Shown piece after piece: positions 39,316 through 52,551 of a stretch of 64,000 bases of DNA (its first letter is position 1; each line of letters starts with the position of its first letter). A program made the position numbers and the translations under genes. Under the pieces are notes generated by a model. That model had not been told where the DNA came from and did not search any database. It worked only from the letters and a program-made list of their open reading frames with translations. This DNA comes from Azolla caroliniana (Eukaryota; Plantae; Polypodiophyta). The stretch spans positions 7,254,001 to 7,318,000 of the forward strand of contig JBHGNT010000020.1 of assembly GCA_043228905.1 (NCBI GenBank), read 5' to 3'.

Positions 39316-42300
39316 TTGAAGACCATGGTTCAAAACAACGCACATCAAGCAGAACTAGTAGAAGAACATTATCACTTTCCGATGAGGGAAAACCAAAGTC
39401 TGCAGGAACGTGCTGGTACGAGTAAGCAGCTAATGCCCCTATATGTCGAAAGTATCAATATGTTGGATGGATTGGCGGATAAGGAAATAGAGCAGTATCT
39501 AGAAGAACACCCCAAGATAGTGCCGCTTTTTGAGGTGGACGTAGCCGAAGTTGTCACATCATATGTTACATACCAGGAGGAGGAATTCGACGAGCCGGAT
39601 CAGGAAGCGATCTACGAACTCCAATAGGCCCAGGAAGCTTTGGAACAAGAAATGGTCGTATCGCAAACAGTGAAGGCATCAACATTGCAAGAAGTCAACC
39701 TTGGGACAGGCGAGGCACCCCGATCATTACATGTAGCCAAGGAAATGCCATCGTAGAAAAGACGACAATGATAGAATTATTGTTCAAAGAATTCAGGGAT
39801 GTTTTCGCTTGGTCCTATGAAGATGTGTGGGGTCTTGATCCAAAGCTCTATTAGCATTAGATACACCTCAGCATGGATGCTAAACCAGTAGCACAAAGAC
39901 GGTACTTGATGAACCCAAACTATGTGCTGAAGGTAAAAGAAGAAATCGACAAATTGCTCAGAGTGGGTTTTATCTGGCCGGTAAAGCAGGCCACGTGGTT
40001 GAGTCTAATAGTTGTGGTTCCCAAAAAGAATGGGAAATTTGAGGTTTGTGTCGATTACCGGAAACTCAACGCGGCCACAATAATGAATGCCTTTCCGCAT
40101 CCATAATGCCTTTCCGCTACCATTTATGGATGGAATACTGGATGCGGTAGCAGGACATGAGGTATACAGCTTCTTGGATGGATTCAGTGGGTATAATAAA
40201 ATCCGGATACATCCAGATGACCAGGAAAAGAGGCCCTTCATTATGGAATGGGGTGTATTTGTTGCGGTCATGATGATGTTTGGGCTAAAAACGGCGCCTG
40301 CAACATTTCAGAGGATCATAATGGAAATATTTGACGAATACATTCTGTCCTATATGTAGATATTCTTGGATGATATTTCTATCTACAACCGGTAGGAGGA
40401 TCACTTAGACCATCTCTGGATGTGTCTCAAGAAATGTTGGGGATTCCGATTGACTTTGAATCTGGCAAAGTGTGTATTCAAGGTCACGAGTGGAGTGCTA
40501 CTCGGACACACAGAGCAAGGAATTGTAGTACATTCAGACAAGGTGACAACAATCCTGCAAGCACGGGCACCAACAAATGTGAAGACCTTGAGCCGATTCT
40601 TGAGACAAATCCGATGGCATAGCCGGATGCTCCGGTACTTAGCAGATTTCACCACTCCGTTGCATGTAGCTGTGCATCGATTACCCTTCCAGTGGACGGA
40701 ACAGGAGGATAAAGCATACCAAGCACTCAAAGTCAATGGTACAACCTCCCGACTGTTAAAGGATTTCCACGTATTTGTAGAGGCATCGGATGTAGCCATC
40801 GGAAGTGTCTTCATGCAGCTCACTGAGCCGAAATGGTACCGGCCGGTGTATTACGCGAGTCGGAAGCTTTCCAAAGCTGAGCGAAACTATTCGACCATGG
40901 AAAGAGAAGCTCTTAGAATGGTTTACAATGTAACAAAGTACCGGCACTACTTCTTAGGTCGGAAATTTTCCTTTCATGTTGACCACTCTGCATTAGTCTA
41001 TCTGATGTCTAAAGCGTCACTAACGGGAAAGCTAGCAAGGTGGACCTTATTATTGCAAGAATTCGAATTTGACATATACCACCGGCCCGGAGTCCAACAT
41101 GCAGTAGTAGATTACTTAAGCCGGTTGGAATCCGGCGAATCCAACGACAGAGTCCACAACCAGTTCCCAAACACGGAGTTGTTCAAAGTTACCGCGGAGG
41201 TAGTGGTCGATGAAACAATTTCCGGTGAAGATAAATGGCTAACGGACATGCATTAGCTTTTGCGTACCGAATTAACATCGAAAGATCTGAGCCGGGACGA
41301 GCGGAATTGACTCGTAATACAGAGCTGACAATTTTGTTTGGTGCAGGACACACTATACCACAAGGGAGAAGGGAACGGACAGAATCTGGTGACCCGTGGT
41401 CTAGAGTGACGAGGAAGAAGTGGTATTACACGACGCACATTGCGGATTTTCCAGAGGACACTATGCCGGAGATGCCACAACTCGGAAGATATGGCAAAGT
41501 GGGTTATGGTGGCCGAGTCCGGTACTGCAAGGAATGCGAGTTATGCCAACAAATGGGACAACCAACGGAGCAAGCTTGAATGTTGCATCAACCGGTTCTA
41601 CTGTTGGAACCATTCCAAAAGTGGGGATTGGACTTTGTCGAACCATTCAAGCCAGCAAGGCATACTGGAAACCGTTATATTATAGTCACCACTGATTATT
41701 GCACCAAGTGGGTGGAGGCAAAGGCGCTCCAAGATAACACCGCGGCATCCAAGGCCAAGTTCTTGCACGAATACATGTGGTGCCAGTATGACTGTCCGAT
41801 TGAACTAATTAGTGACCAAGGCGGACATTTCATCGGACAAGTAGTGGAAAGTTTGACAACCTTCTATGTAGTGGTCCACAAAAGAAGCACTGCGTCCTAC
41901 CCACAAATGAACGGATTAGCTGAATCAAGGAACAAAACGCTTCAGAATATCCTCCGAAAGATTGTGAATGAGAACTAGACGGATTGGGATACGAAATTGC
42001 ATAGTGTGATGTGGGCATACCGGACGACGTACAAAACAAGCATCCCGTTGACACTGTTTCGATTGGTATTCGAATTGGAAGCGGTCATGCCGATGGAATT
42101 CTAGATACCTAGTTTATGGATACAAGTCCGGGAACGCTTAAGAAAGAAAGAGTCTGAATGGATCCGGTTGGAAACATTGTGTGAATTGGAGGAACACCGG
42201 TCAACCGACACCGGAAGGGCAACGAAAAGGACTTCAGTATCGGGAAATCGGTGTTGGTATTCCAGACCTAGAAGGGAAGTATGCTAGGAAAGCTGAGGTT

Positions 42301-43800
42301 CCAGTGGACCGGCCCATTTTGGATCACGAAGGAGTTTAAAGGGCCTTATGAGCTTGGTACTTTAGCCGGGGAAGTACTTGAGAAATGGGTGAATGGCTTC
42401 CGGGTTAAACCCTACAAAGGACCCATGTTGGTAAACCCGTTCAAGGAACCGGATGAACGCAAGGACTAGGCAACCGGAGAAGAAGTTACTAGCACAACCC
42501 CAGCGGAACCGGAGCCAGTAAACAAGAAAGTGTCGGATGACTCAATAGCACTCGGAATGGCAGGAGTCTAAATTGTACCAGAATGAATGAATGGAAAAAA
42601 AAAGATATTTGAGATATTGAACGGGCACAATGAAAAGGCGAGTGGAAGCCGCGTGATGTCAGCCTATTTAAAGCGCACCACACGGCGTAATCATGTTATT
42701 ATGGTACACGAGGGGCATGCATGGGACTCAAGAAGAGGCGGTTGCGAACGATGGGGATGCAAAAGTTTCAGACACACAAGGGAGTTTCATTTCGCGAAAG
42801 AAAGATCTTATGAGCACAAAGAGTACAGACTTCTGGAAAGATACAGGCACTTAACCACCGGAACGACCTACACGAAGAAAGCATAGAACCCATGGCGCTC
42901 TCAAAAGAATCAAGGGACTAGCTCATCATGCACGGCCTCGAAGGATTTCTTCGGGTAGTAGAAGCACCACCCCATGAAGAACCAAAGAAGGTCGCAGCTA
43001 CGATCGACTTGGACGAACTCTCCGAAGGCACAGTGCAGGCGTCCATAGAACTACCTTGCGGAGGCCTGTACTCCATCGAGAACCCCTCCACCCAAATACT
43101 GACGGAATATTTTGGGGAGTTCTCGATCACAAGCAAGGTGTACCGGACACAGGGAGGCGAAAATCCCATGTTCCAGGAAGTGGCTTAAGTGTTGCTCAAG
43201 TACGGATTTGTTCATCCCTGACCACTCAACATGCCCAAGAATAGGGTCGGATTTATTATCTCAACATTCAAAGGCCTAAAAGTGGATTGGCCGATAATAG
43301 TGGTTGACTCCTTACGAACGACAATTGCGGCCGGATTAGCACAGTGCTTATGGTGCTACTTACATCAACACGCGCCATCAAACCAAAGAAACGGGCACGG
43401 CAGGAGACCACTCCAAACCAGTCATCCAAGAGATGGCGGCTCTTTGCCAAACATAACCCCAGATGGACAACAAGGGAAGCACCCCGACGGACAGAGACAA
43501 TTCCGGAGCCCTGGAGTGAATCAACATTGGAGAAACGTCCGAAGAAAACGGCGAAACTAATCAAGATAAAGTTGCACCGACATGATAGGGAACTACCGGA
43601 ACTGGTGATGAAGGCCCGCTAGGAAACTATAGAAGAGGAGGAAGAGGAAGAAGAAAAACACCTCCAGCGACATCCCAAGAGATGAGATTCTGAGCAGCAT
43701 GGGGAAGGATCGGGTCCGGGGAAGGACAATACACCGATTCCTCGCTCAACGGTGGTGGAGCCAAGACTAGAGGCAGAGACAACAAAAGGGCCAAAAGCGG
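39316..43800 (+). mobile_element. Decayed non-chromoviral (Tat/Athila-like) Gypsy element E: RT, RH, INT and 3' accessory ORF; resumes briefly at 48703
   Basis: CVDYRKLN, FLDGFSGY, FLDD, YYASRKLS, KWGLDFV and ISDQG motifs in many broken ORFs; homologous to element B. Confidence 0.85.
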
Positions 43801-46800
43801 TGTCGCATTGTTACGCGCATGCGTGTAGGAGGAGGCGGGACCACGGGGGTCTTGGACTAGGGAGTAGAGGAGAAAGAATAAGATATGTTTGGAAGCTTAG
43901 CTCAAGAGGAGAAGAAGAAAGAATAAGATCACCACATAGAAGGAGAGATCGACGGAGGTAAGATACTCAACAAGATATATTAAAACAAACGAATGATTAC
44001 AACAATGGTGCCCGCATGGGCCACACCAAACGACTATGAGAAAACTCTAACCGAAGACGAATAAGGAAACCCTAAATGAAACCCTAAACCTAAAACGGTA
44101 AGAACTCTAGACTAAGTGGTATACCTCTCACACGCAAAATAGGCAACCCCTTCATAAGTGACCCCTCCCTTCCTTTTATAGCCCAAGGAGGGAGGGACCT
44201 TACAATGTGGGATAAAATTTCCCCTCTTATTTCTATAGACCATTTCCTAGTATACATGTGCAGATGGTGCACACCACCAATTTGCCTATTCCACCCCGTT
44301 TCCGCCTATGGACGAAAATCTTCACAACATCCGCCCCCACCAAACTGCACATCCACTGGTATGTGCCAAGAAAGGAGAAGAGGTGAGATTTTTCGTCCAT
44401 GGTGATAAAACCGAGGTCCGTTGTGTCCTCGTTGGCCTTGCTCGAGTTCGTTTTACATTTCGAGGACGCCCGTCCCTTCCACACGAACCGTCATAGCATC
44501 CTGTTCCACCGTATCCGTCACACGTCCTCGAGCCGACGGCTCCAACCGATCCACCACGTCCACCGTGTGTCCCCGAAACATCGACTCCATCCGAACCGCC
44601 ATATCCACCGCACGCGCCTTCCTCCCCGTTCGGTCCTCCCGAACGCCATTGCCGATCCGGTCACTCTTTCTTTGTCCGCCACGTAGGTCCTCCGATTAGG
44701 CCCTCAGTCACCCCGTTTGCTCGCCGGATTCCGCCCCTCGCGTACCGCTTGTGTTCTATCTCCGGCTCGATCCTCTCTTCATCTCGAACACCTCGTGCCA
44801 ATTCCCTCCGTTCCGCACTCACCTTTCGTAGGCTCTTTCTGTGTGCCCTTGTTGTCTCCCGAACATGCGCTCAATCTTCGGTCCCTCGGCGACCTCATTA
44901 CGCGCTCCTCACTTCTCCTTTGCTCGTCGTGCTCTCTCACCGTAGAGCGTACCGTCATCCCGACCACCATGTCAGTGTCCTTCGCGACTCCCGTTACCGC
45001 TTCATCCCGACTCTCGTCCTCTTGGCCCGCTTGGCCTCGCATGCCTTCCGGGACGCTGCACTTCCTCTTCCCGGCGCATAGCCCGTTGCTCTCCACGCAC
45101 CTCCTTCGATTCTCAAGACATAGCCTTCCATGCTCGCCGATCATCCGCCGATACCGGCACCTCACCACTCCGTCTCTCGCCATGTGCATTCCTCACAAAG
45201 GCTCGTATGTCCTCCGAGTGCACTCCCGATCTCTCCGATTGCACTCCGGATTCCTCCCTTTTCGTGCCGCGTATGTTCCTCCTTTGGTTTTATCGTCTCC
45301 GCATGCCGAACACCTCGGCATGTCGACTCTTCCTACTCCGCGCTTGCCTTCCATAGGCTCTTCTCGTGCGCCGATGTTGTCCCCCGAATATGCGCTCATT
45401 CTTTGGCCCTTAGGAGACCCCATTCCGCGTTCCTTGCCTCTCCTTTGCTCGTCATGCTCTCTCGCCATAGAGCATACTGTCATCCCGACCTCCGTGTCGG
45501 TGTCCCTCGAGGCTCTCGTTATCGCCTCGCCTTGACTTGCGCCCTCTTGGCCCACTTGGCCTTGCATGCCCTCCGGGAAGCCGCCACTTTGTCTCTCCCC
45601 GGTGCATAACTCTTTGCTCTCCGTGCACCATCCTCCACTTTCGTCGTTCATCCGCCGATCCCGGCAACTCACCGCTCCGTCTCTTGCAGCGTGCTTACCT
45701 CTCAAAGGCTCGACCGGTCCGCCATTGTCGGTCACTCATTGCCGCTCTTCCGGCTGCATACTTGCTTCTTGGCCATTCGCCGGCCGTAGTGCATGCTCCG
45801 TTTTCCGCCATAGTGCGTACTTCATATTACGCGCCTCGTCCGTCGTAGACCCTACCTCCGCGTCGGTCTCTTCGTCCGTCGTTGCCGTAGCCCCTTCCGA
45901 CTCCGGCTTGCCGTCTTGGTCGTGCTTGTCCGTCTTCACGCACCGGGTACCCATTCTGGTAGCCTCATCCATTCCGGTCTCCGACTCCTCGCCGCCACCC
46001 GTCGTCTCTCCGGTCTTATGTTGATCTGCAACCGCCGAAGTCTCAAGGATAGATGTGGAGGGCTCCTCTCGCTCTTGGCCTCCCACCGAGTCATACTCCT
46101 CGCGCATGCTTGGCCTCCTTCTCGCGCTCACCGGCTCCCACCGGGTGTTGTGGCTCGTTCACCTCGACCTCCAATCATGCCGACTTATGTTGATCTGCAA
46201 CCGCCGAAGTCTCAAGGATAGATGTGGAGGGCTCCTCTCGCTCTTGGCCTCCCACCGAGTCATACTCCTCGCGCATGCTTGGCCTCCTTCTCGCGCTCAC
46301 TGGCTCCCACCAGGTGTTGTGGCTCGTTCACCTCGACCTCCAATCATGCCGACTTAGCCTTCGCCTAGATCGGTCTTGGCCGATCCAGTTCCGGTTTGGT
46401 CGGCTCCCTTCCGTAATCGTGACCAGCCGGTACATGTTTGTCTGAAAAAATCCGGCCTTGCCGGCTCTTCTCCGGTTCGGGCCCGGTTGACCGAACCCCG
46501 CTCCAATCTTCTTCCGCGTCGTCTTCCGGTCGTGTCGGATTATCGACCGGTTCATCTTCCGGTCGGGTCGGTTCCTGACTCTCTCCTCTTTGCCGCTCCC
46601 GACCTCTCCGTTGGTCCTCTCGTACATGCCCGTTCCAGGCCTCGCATCCTCATCTTCGTACGTGCTCGCTCCGGGCCACGCCTCTTCACGGCCACCACCC
46701 TTCTCTCCGGTCTTATGTTGGCATTCGAGCGCAATTGCCGTAGTCTCCGGCCCCGGTGTCGAGGGGTCTCTCCTCCGTCCACTATGACCTTCCTCATCGT

Positions 46801-48702
46801 TGTTTTGATCGTCCGCTCTGCCGCCGCCACCTTCCGTCTCTCCTGTCTCACGTGGGCTTTCGGGGCCGACCGCCGAAGTCTCTACAATAGGTGTGGGAAA
46901 AGTCTCGGTACCATCACTCGCCGATGTCATGTTTGTAGCCACCTTCGCTTGGACGCCATGGTCCGTGGCTATCTCGTCCCCGGTTACGCAAGCCTCAATT
47001 ATGCTTGCTACCTCCTCGTCCTCGTCCTCATCTCGGTTGCCCGCCTTGCCGTCGCCACCGCCCGTCGCTCTAGGACTCACGTCGGCACTCGGGCCGACCG
47101 CCGGAGCCTCTAGGACCGGTGTGGGTAAGGACCCGGCACCACCGCTCGTTGTGTCCGTAGCCGCCTCCGTCCGGACATCATTGTCCGCGGCTACCCCGCT
47201 TCTAATCGCGCAAGCCTCGGTTACGCTTGCTGCCGTCTCTTCCATGTCGTCGTCTCGGTTGCCCGCCTTGCCACCGCCACCACCCGTCGCTCTAGGTCTC
47301 ACGCTGGCACTCGGGCCGACCGCCGGAGCCTCTAGGACCGGTGTGTGTAAGGTCGCGGCACCGCCGCTTGTCTCCTCCCCACTTTATATTTCGGGCCGCC
47401 ATGTCCCGAATGCGTAGTTACCGGCCTCCATGGTTGTCCCTTCACTGCAAGGCAAGAGGGTCGCTTGCTCCACACCCTCTCCCATGTCGCCGTCGCACGC
47501 TCTTTCGGCCTCCGTATAGGGCCCGCCCCGTCTTCTATGCTTAGGGAGGCTTCTTCCTCTGCATCCTCCAATCGCCTTCGGCCCGACTCCATAATAAGCC
47601 CTTCTTCGGCTTCGATTTTCCCCTTCACAAGCTCACATGCCTCCAGTACCAATGCCTCTAGGTCGTACTCCTCCGGTTGATTGCGCATCGAGCTCTCTTC
47701 CGATGGTAGTGCGTAGCCACTCACCGCCCTTTCTTCTCCGCCGCTCGTGGGCCATGTTGTTGCCAACCGCTCCCCATCGGGTTGCCGGCATACCCACTCC
47801 GGTTTCGCGTATCCGTATGTGTCCAATAGAGCTCCCTCGAAGGACTCCCATGACTCGTGAGCTTCTCGTAGCTCCTTGACGTCCTTGTGCACCGATACGG
47901 CCGCCACTCGCGGAAAATACTCTATTCGCATCGCCTCGTCCACGCCCCCTTTTGCCATCTCGGCCTTGTAGGCTCCCAAAAATTTTGGGACCTCATTCCC
48001 ATTGAACCGGCCGACTCAATCGACCACCCTTTCGATAGCTTGTTGAGCCGCATCTCGCTTCGCCATCTTCCATCCGGCTTCCATCACGATCTTTGCCATC
48101 ATCTCCTCAAAGTTGAAGTCTTCTTCCATCTCCATGCTCCCTTGCCGCCCTTCACGTCGGGTTCACCAAATATGTCGCGTTGTTACGCGCGTGCGTGTAG
48201 GAAGAGGCGGGACCACGGGGGTCTTGGACTAGGGAGTAGAGGAGAAAGAATAATATATGTTTAGAAGCTTAGCTTAAGAGGAGAAGAAGAAAGAATAAGA
48301 TCACCACATAGAAGGAGAGATCGGCGGAGGTAAGATACTCAACAAGATATATTAAAACAAACAAATGATTACAACAATGGTGGCCGCATGGGCCGCACCA
48401 AACGACTATGAGAAAACCCTAACCGAAGACGAATAAGGAAATCTTAAACGAAACCCTAAACCTAAAACGGTAAGAACTCTAGACTAAGTGGTATACCTCT
48501 CACACGCAAAATAGGCAACCCCTTCATAAGTGACCCCTCCCTTCCTTTTATAGCCCAAGGAGGGAGGGACCTTACAATGTGGGATAAAATTTCCCCTCTT
48601 ATTTCTATAGACCATTTCCTAGTAATACATGTGCAAATGGTGCACACCATCGATTTGCCTATTCCACCCCGTTTCCGCCTATGGACGAAAATCTTCACGA
48701 CA
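43801..48702 (-). mobile_element. Non-autonomous Trp-primed LTR element D (gag N-terminus only, no RT/INT)
   Basis: ~530-bp LTRs 43801-44329 and 48173-48702; PBS 48151-48168; PPT GTGGGGGCGGA; 4-bp TSD GCGG/GTGG; internal Gag remnant then GC-rich repeats. Confidence 0.85.
46015..46356. repeat. 169-bp tandem duplication inside element D
   Basis: TTGATCTGCAACCGCCGAAG at 46021 and 46190. Confidence 0.9.
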
Positions 48703-48761
48703 GTGGTGAGCATGATTCACCATGAACCGGAGAAGGAACAACATACATCACCATGTCTTCA

Positions 48762-48967
48762 GACGCAGCTACAGCATGAAGAGCGGTTTATCCTGGGCTA
48801 GACTTAGCCACAAACATAGAGTGTCTGTACCGGAACACTTCTCCAAAGGGGTGGTTAGGAGATGGACGCAGCTACAGCATGAAGAGCGGTTTATCCTGGG
48901 CTAGACTTAGCCACAAACATAGAGTGTCTGTACCGGAACACTTCTCCAAAGGGGTGGTTAGGAGATG
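48762..48967. repeat. 103-bp tandem duplication spanning an LTR/host junction
   Basis: GACGCAGCTACAGCATGAAG...GGAGATG at 48762 and 48865. Confidence 0.9.
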
Positions 48968-49362
48968 GATGTTATCCAATATTTATCCGATTTTGGTTCG
49001 ACTATATTTTTGGATGTTTTTGTATTACTTATTAAGTATAACACGTGTAAGATTAAGAATTAAAGCACCAAACAGCAAGTACACAATGAATAACAATTAA
49101 GAACAAAACACATTAATCTCATATTACTTCCATTAATCATTTACATAGATTCGGAATCCTTTTATAGCCATCCCATAAGAATTACAAAACAGTACCTTAT
49201 CGGCTACCGACTCTCAATCGGTGCAGTTCTGGATCGGTACAACTATACGGATCCGTCTGTTCATATAATATTACTTAAGCAATAATTATGCTACTAATTT
49301 AACATTATATTCTGACTCGTCCCCGTCCATATTACTCGTCCGGATCATACTCTAGGCCAACA
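48787..49362 (-). mobile_element. LTR related to 60896-61255, without a matching TSD
   Basis: Shared CTGGGCT(A/G)GACTTAGCCAC start and ATCATACTC..TAGGCCAACA end. Confidence 0.6.
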
Positions 49363-52300
49363 CGGGTGTCGTACCGGTTTGAAGGACCAGCCCCTCCGGC
49401 CTTCCCGACACGCTTATCTTCAACTAGAACCTCATAGTTCTGGAAAATCGCTTCCGTGAAACCGGTCTGCTCCTCCATTGGATCACTCCATACGGTGACC
49501 TCCCGGACCCGCCTCTCTGTGTGGTCCACTTCCTCCTTCTTTAGCTTCTTCCAAGAGAAGCATCCAGCACCTCCAACCAAAATCTGGTGTCGGTTGCGGA
49601 GTTGGTGCCCTTCTCTCCTCCTACCTAGATCCCTGCCAACGCCTAGTAGTGAACAATCTCTGCATGTCACACCACAACTTCCTCCATCAGTCTTTTCATG
49701 TTACCTCATCTGGTGTTCATCTCAAGGGGCCTTCACGTGTTGCTCGTGTGTACTCGATCGTTCCAAAGGTACACCACGATGTTCTTTAGCGCATCAACAA
49801 AGTCGGTGAAGTCTCTCTGGATGTGGCCGACCCTGTCGCACCACATGCATCTCGGGTCATTCGGAGGGCGCCAACCATGCGATTGACCCCCTCCTTCCCT
49901 TCAAGCTTGAGAGGTCTAGAGATCGTGCACCATCTTCATCAGCTCTTCCAGAGTTGCGCCACCAAATGGTCCCTCGACCACGTTGGTCGGAACTGGTGTC
50001 GTGAAGGATTTGCTTCACGATATGAAAATAAACTTAAATATTGTATTCAGTAATCTTATAAACCACAACCTTATAAACCAAGCACAAAGTAAATACCACT
50101 AGGCTACGTTATTTATTTTTGAAATATTCTAAAGAATGTGCTTCATGATATAAGAATGAACCTAAATATTATATTGAGTAAATTTGAGAGACTTGAACCC
50201 TCAACCTTGTATACCAAGCACAAAGTATGCACCACTAAGCTAAGTTATTTGTTTCAAAAACATATTTCCATCACTATACTTACTTATTCCATTTCTATTT
50301 CATACATGGGAGCTCAAATCAGCATGATGACTATCATGCATCACATGTAATGCATGTGCGCCAAATGGTGATCATGCATCACATGAAATTCATGCATGTC
50401 ATGCATGTCATGCTCCCACACATTACCATATGGATGACAATACTTATATAAAGAGGGGGAAGGAAAAGAAGAAGGGGAAGGAAGAGAAAGTTAAAAAATA
50501 ATATAATAAACAAACTAGCTCATTTGTGAAGTTTTTTATCTCTCAACACTTAAGGTGAGGGCTCAAGTCGGAATTTGGAAGAGAAAAGGTTCATCTTGCG
50601 ATGAAGCATTGTAAAGTTGGTAACATCTTGTATTCTTAATATAAATCATGCTCATATCATATACTTTTGCTTCTGAAATCATACATTCTCTGTCTATTAT
50701 CTATGCTCGTCTCTCTCTCACACATTACTTTTAACTCTTCTTCTTCCTATTCTTAATCTTTCTCACATCAACGCATAAGCCTTATACAAAATTTAGTCAA
50801 TTGTCTTTAACCTTAGTCCCTGTGACTTCGCCGCACAAACCACAACTACCCTGACACTAGGCCTGACTCAAGCCACCTTCTTATCTCTTCAGACCAAGTC
50901 AAAATCTCCTCCGACCTCTTCCCGGCAGTCGGGCCGGTCGTCGACGACCTCGCGTCGTTCCATTCGTGTTGTTTGTAGAAACGGCTACAAACCCTTTTGA
51001 CCACAACCCAATCGGTCATGAGCCCTTCATCCGTCTCCAAGAGGAGACTAGCCTTCTCCCGATCAAGTGGATCAACCGACTTGATAAATAATAGAACCTT
51101 GCTCGTATCGAGCACGGTCTAGTCTAACACTGAGAGTTGAGCGAATCGTTTTTCAAACTCCAAGAGGTGCACTAATGTATTCCTCCCTTTCCGGACTCTC
51201 AACCCATTCCATGAACTCCTTCTTCGACAACCAGAGCGAGTCGTTGAAGCCATACCTCTCGAGGAGCCGTCCCTCAAACTTCGACCAATTCCAACAATTA
51301 GCTTGGACCTCGGACACTTCCGTGTGGATGCTCGGCGTCACAACCCATGGGAATCCGGACAACTATCTGTCCTCTGGGATGTCCCTCATTATCATTTCCG
51401 CCCTATAGGCCTCCATGTAGCTTGTCACGTACTTTCCATTAAATCAGCCTATCGTGTCGACTATCATTTCGATGGCCTTGTCGAGGCCACCTGCGCTTTC
51501 CCACGCATTCACTAGATGGTTAACGGCCACCGCCATTTCCTCCACAAGTTTGCTTCCCCTCATTTTGGATTCCTTTGCCACCCCCCTTCACATCGGGTTC
51601 ACCAAAGATGTCCCAAAAATTTTGCATGTGTGTGTCGGAACGGGGTGGGACCACCGGGTTCTTGAACGAAGGAGCTGGTAAGAGAGAGTGAAGTGTTTAT
51701 CTGGATCGATCTCCGAATATCTTCACCGGTACATGGTCCGGGCACGTAACCATTCGGGTTCTGGTCACTTGAAGCCAGATGATAAGCAGACACACTCAGA
51801 TGCACATGGGCTCAGACGCACGAATTGTTCTAGATCAGATATGGGACACTCAAACGCTCGAACTGTTCTGACATGCAAACAGTTCCAAGCCTATCACTGG
51901 GTAACAACGATGAGCTAAATGGCTCAGATGCTCGAGTACACACGCAGGTGAGAGGGAATAGAGACGAGAACACGCGTAGAGATAGAGATGCACACAACGA
52001 CACAGAGAATTTTGGATACAACAAGGATAATCGATTAGTCTGTGATAGAGGAAGATACACCCAGACTCGGCCGGTAACAGAGCTTCGAGCTCTTCACACA
52101 CCCACACCTGACTAATGAGCCTCTGGTCGGGTGCACACGGGTTTCCTACGTGAGCAAAGGCCTTACCGAAACCTAACGAATGTACAGAACAGAAAACCGA
52201 AAGCCTGTAGAGCTCAATCCGACAGCACTTCGTTCTCCAAACGATGGATCCCTTTACAACAGTTCAAACCTCCCTTTCTATAGCACAAGGGGAGGTCGTT

Positions 52301-52551
52301 ACATCATTAGTTAAGGACAACTGATTCTATCAGCGATCCTCCCCCCTCGTTTTCCTTCCTGCGTACTTCTATTCCTCTCGATTTGTGGATCATTAAAGTA
52401 CCATCCAAATCACACTATCTAGTACATATTAGTCCTAGAATATTTACAATGTTTTATGTACATGTAAGGCCTCGTTCATGTGCATCCTTGCACACCCTTG
52501 TTCACACGCATCTGCCTCCCTTTTCTCCTATGGTCAGAATCCTTCACGACA
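49363..52551 (-). mobile_element. Degenerate Trp-primed Gypsy element G: 5' LTR 51609-52551, PBS and gag remnant
   Basis: PBS 51587-51604; Gag fragments (KVLLFIKSVD, CMWCDRVGH) homologous to ORF 482-1558. Confidence 0.75.
49997..50856 (+). mobile_element. Solo LTR related to the Trp-primed family, inserted in the gag of element G
   Basis: TGTCGTGAAG...CTGACA; 4-bp TSD CTGG/CTAG; TATATAAAG near 50445. Confidence 0.7.

Noticed and set aside
44717-47417. Many overlapping plus-strand ORFs
   Set aside because: Expected in GC-rich repetitive DNA; antisense to element D; no recognisable domains
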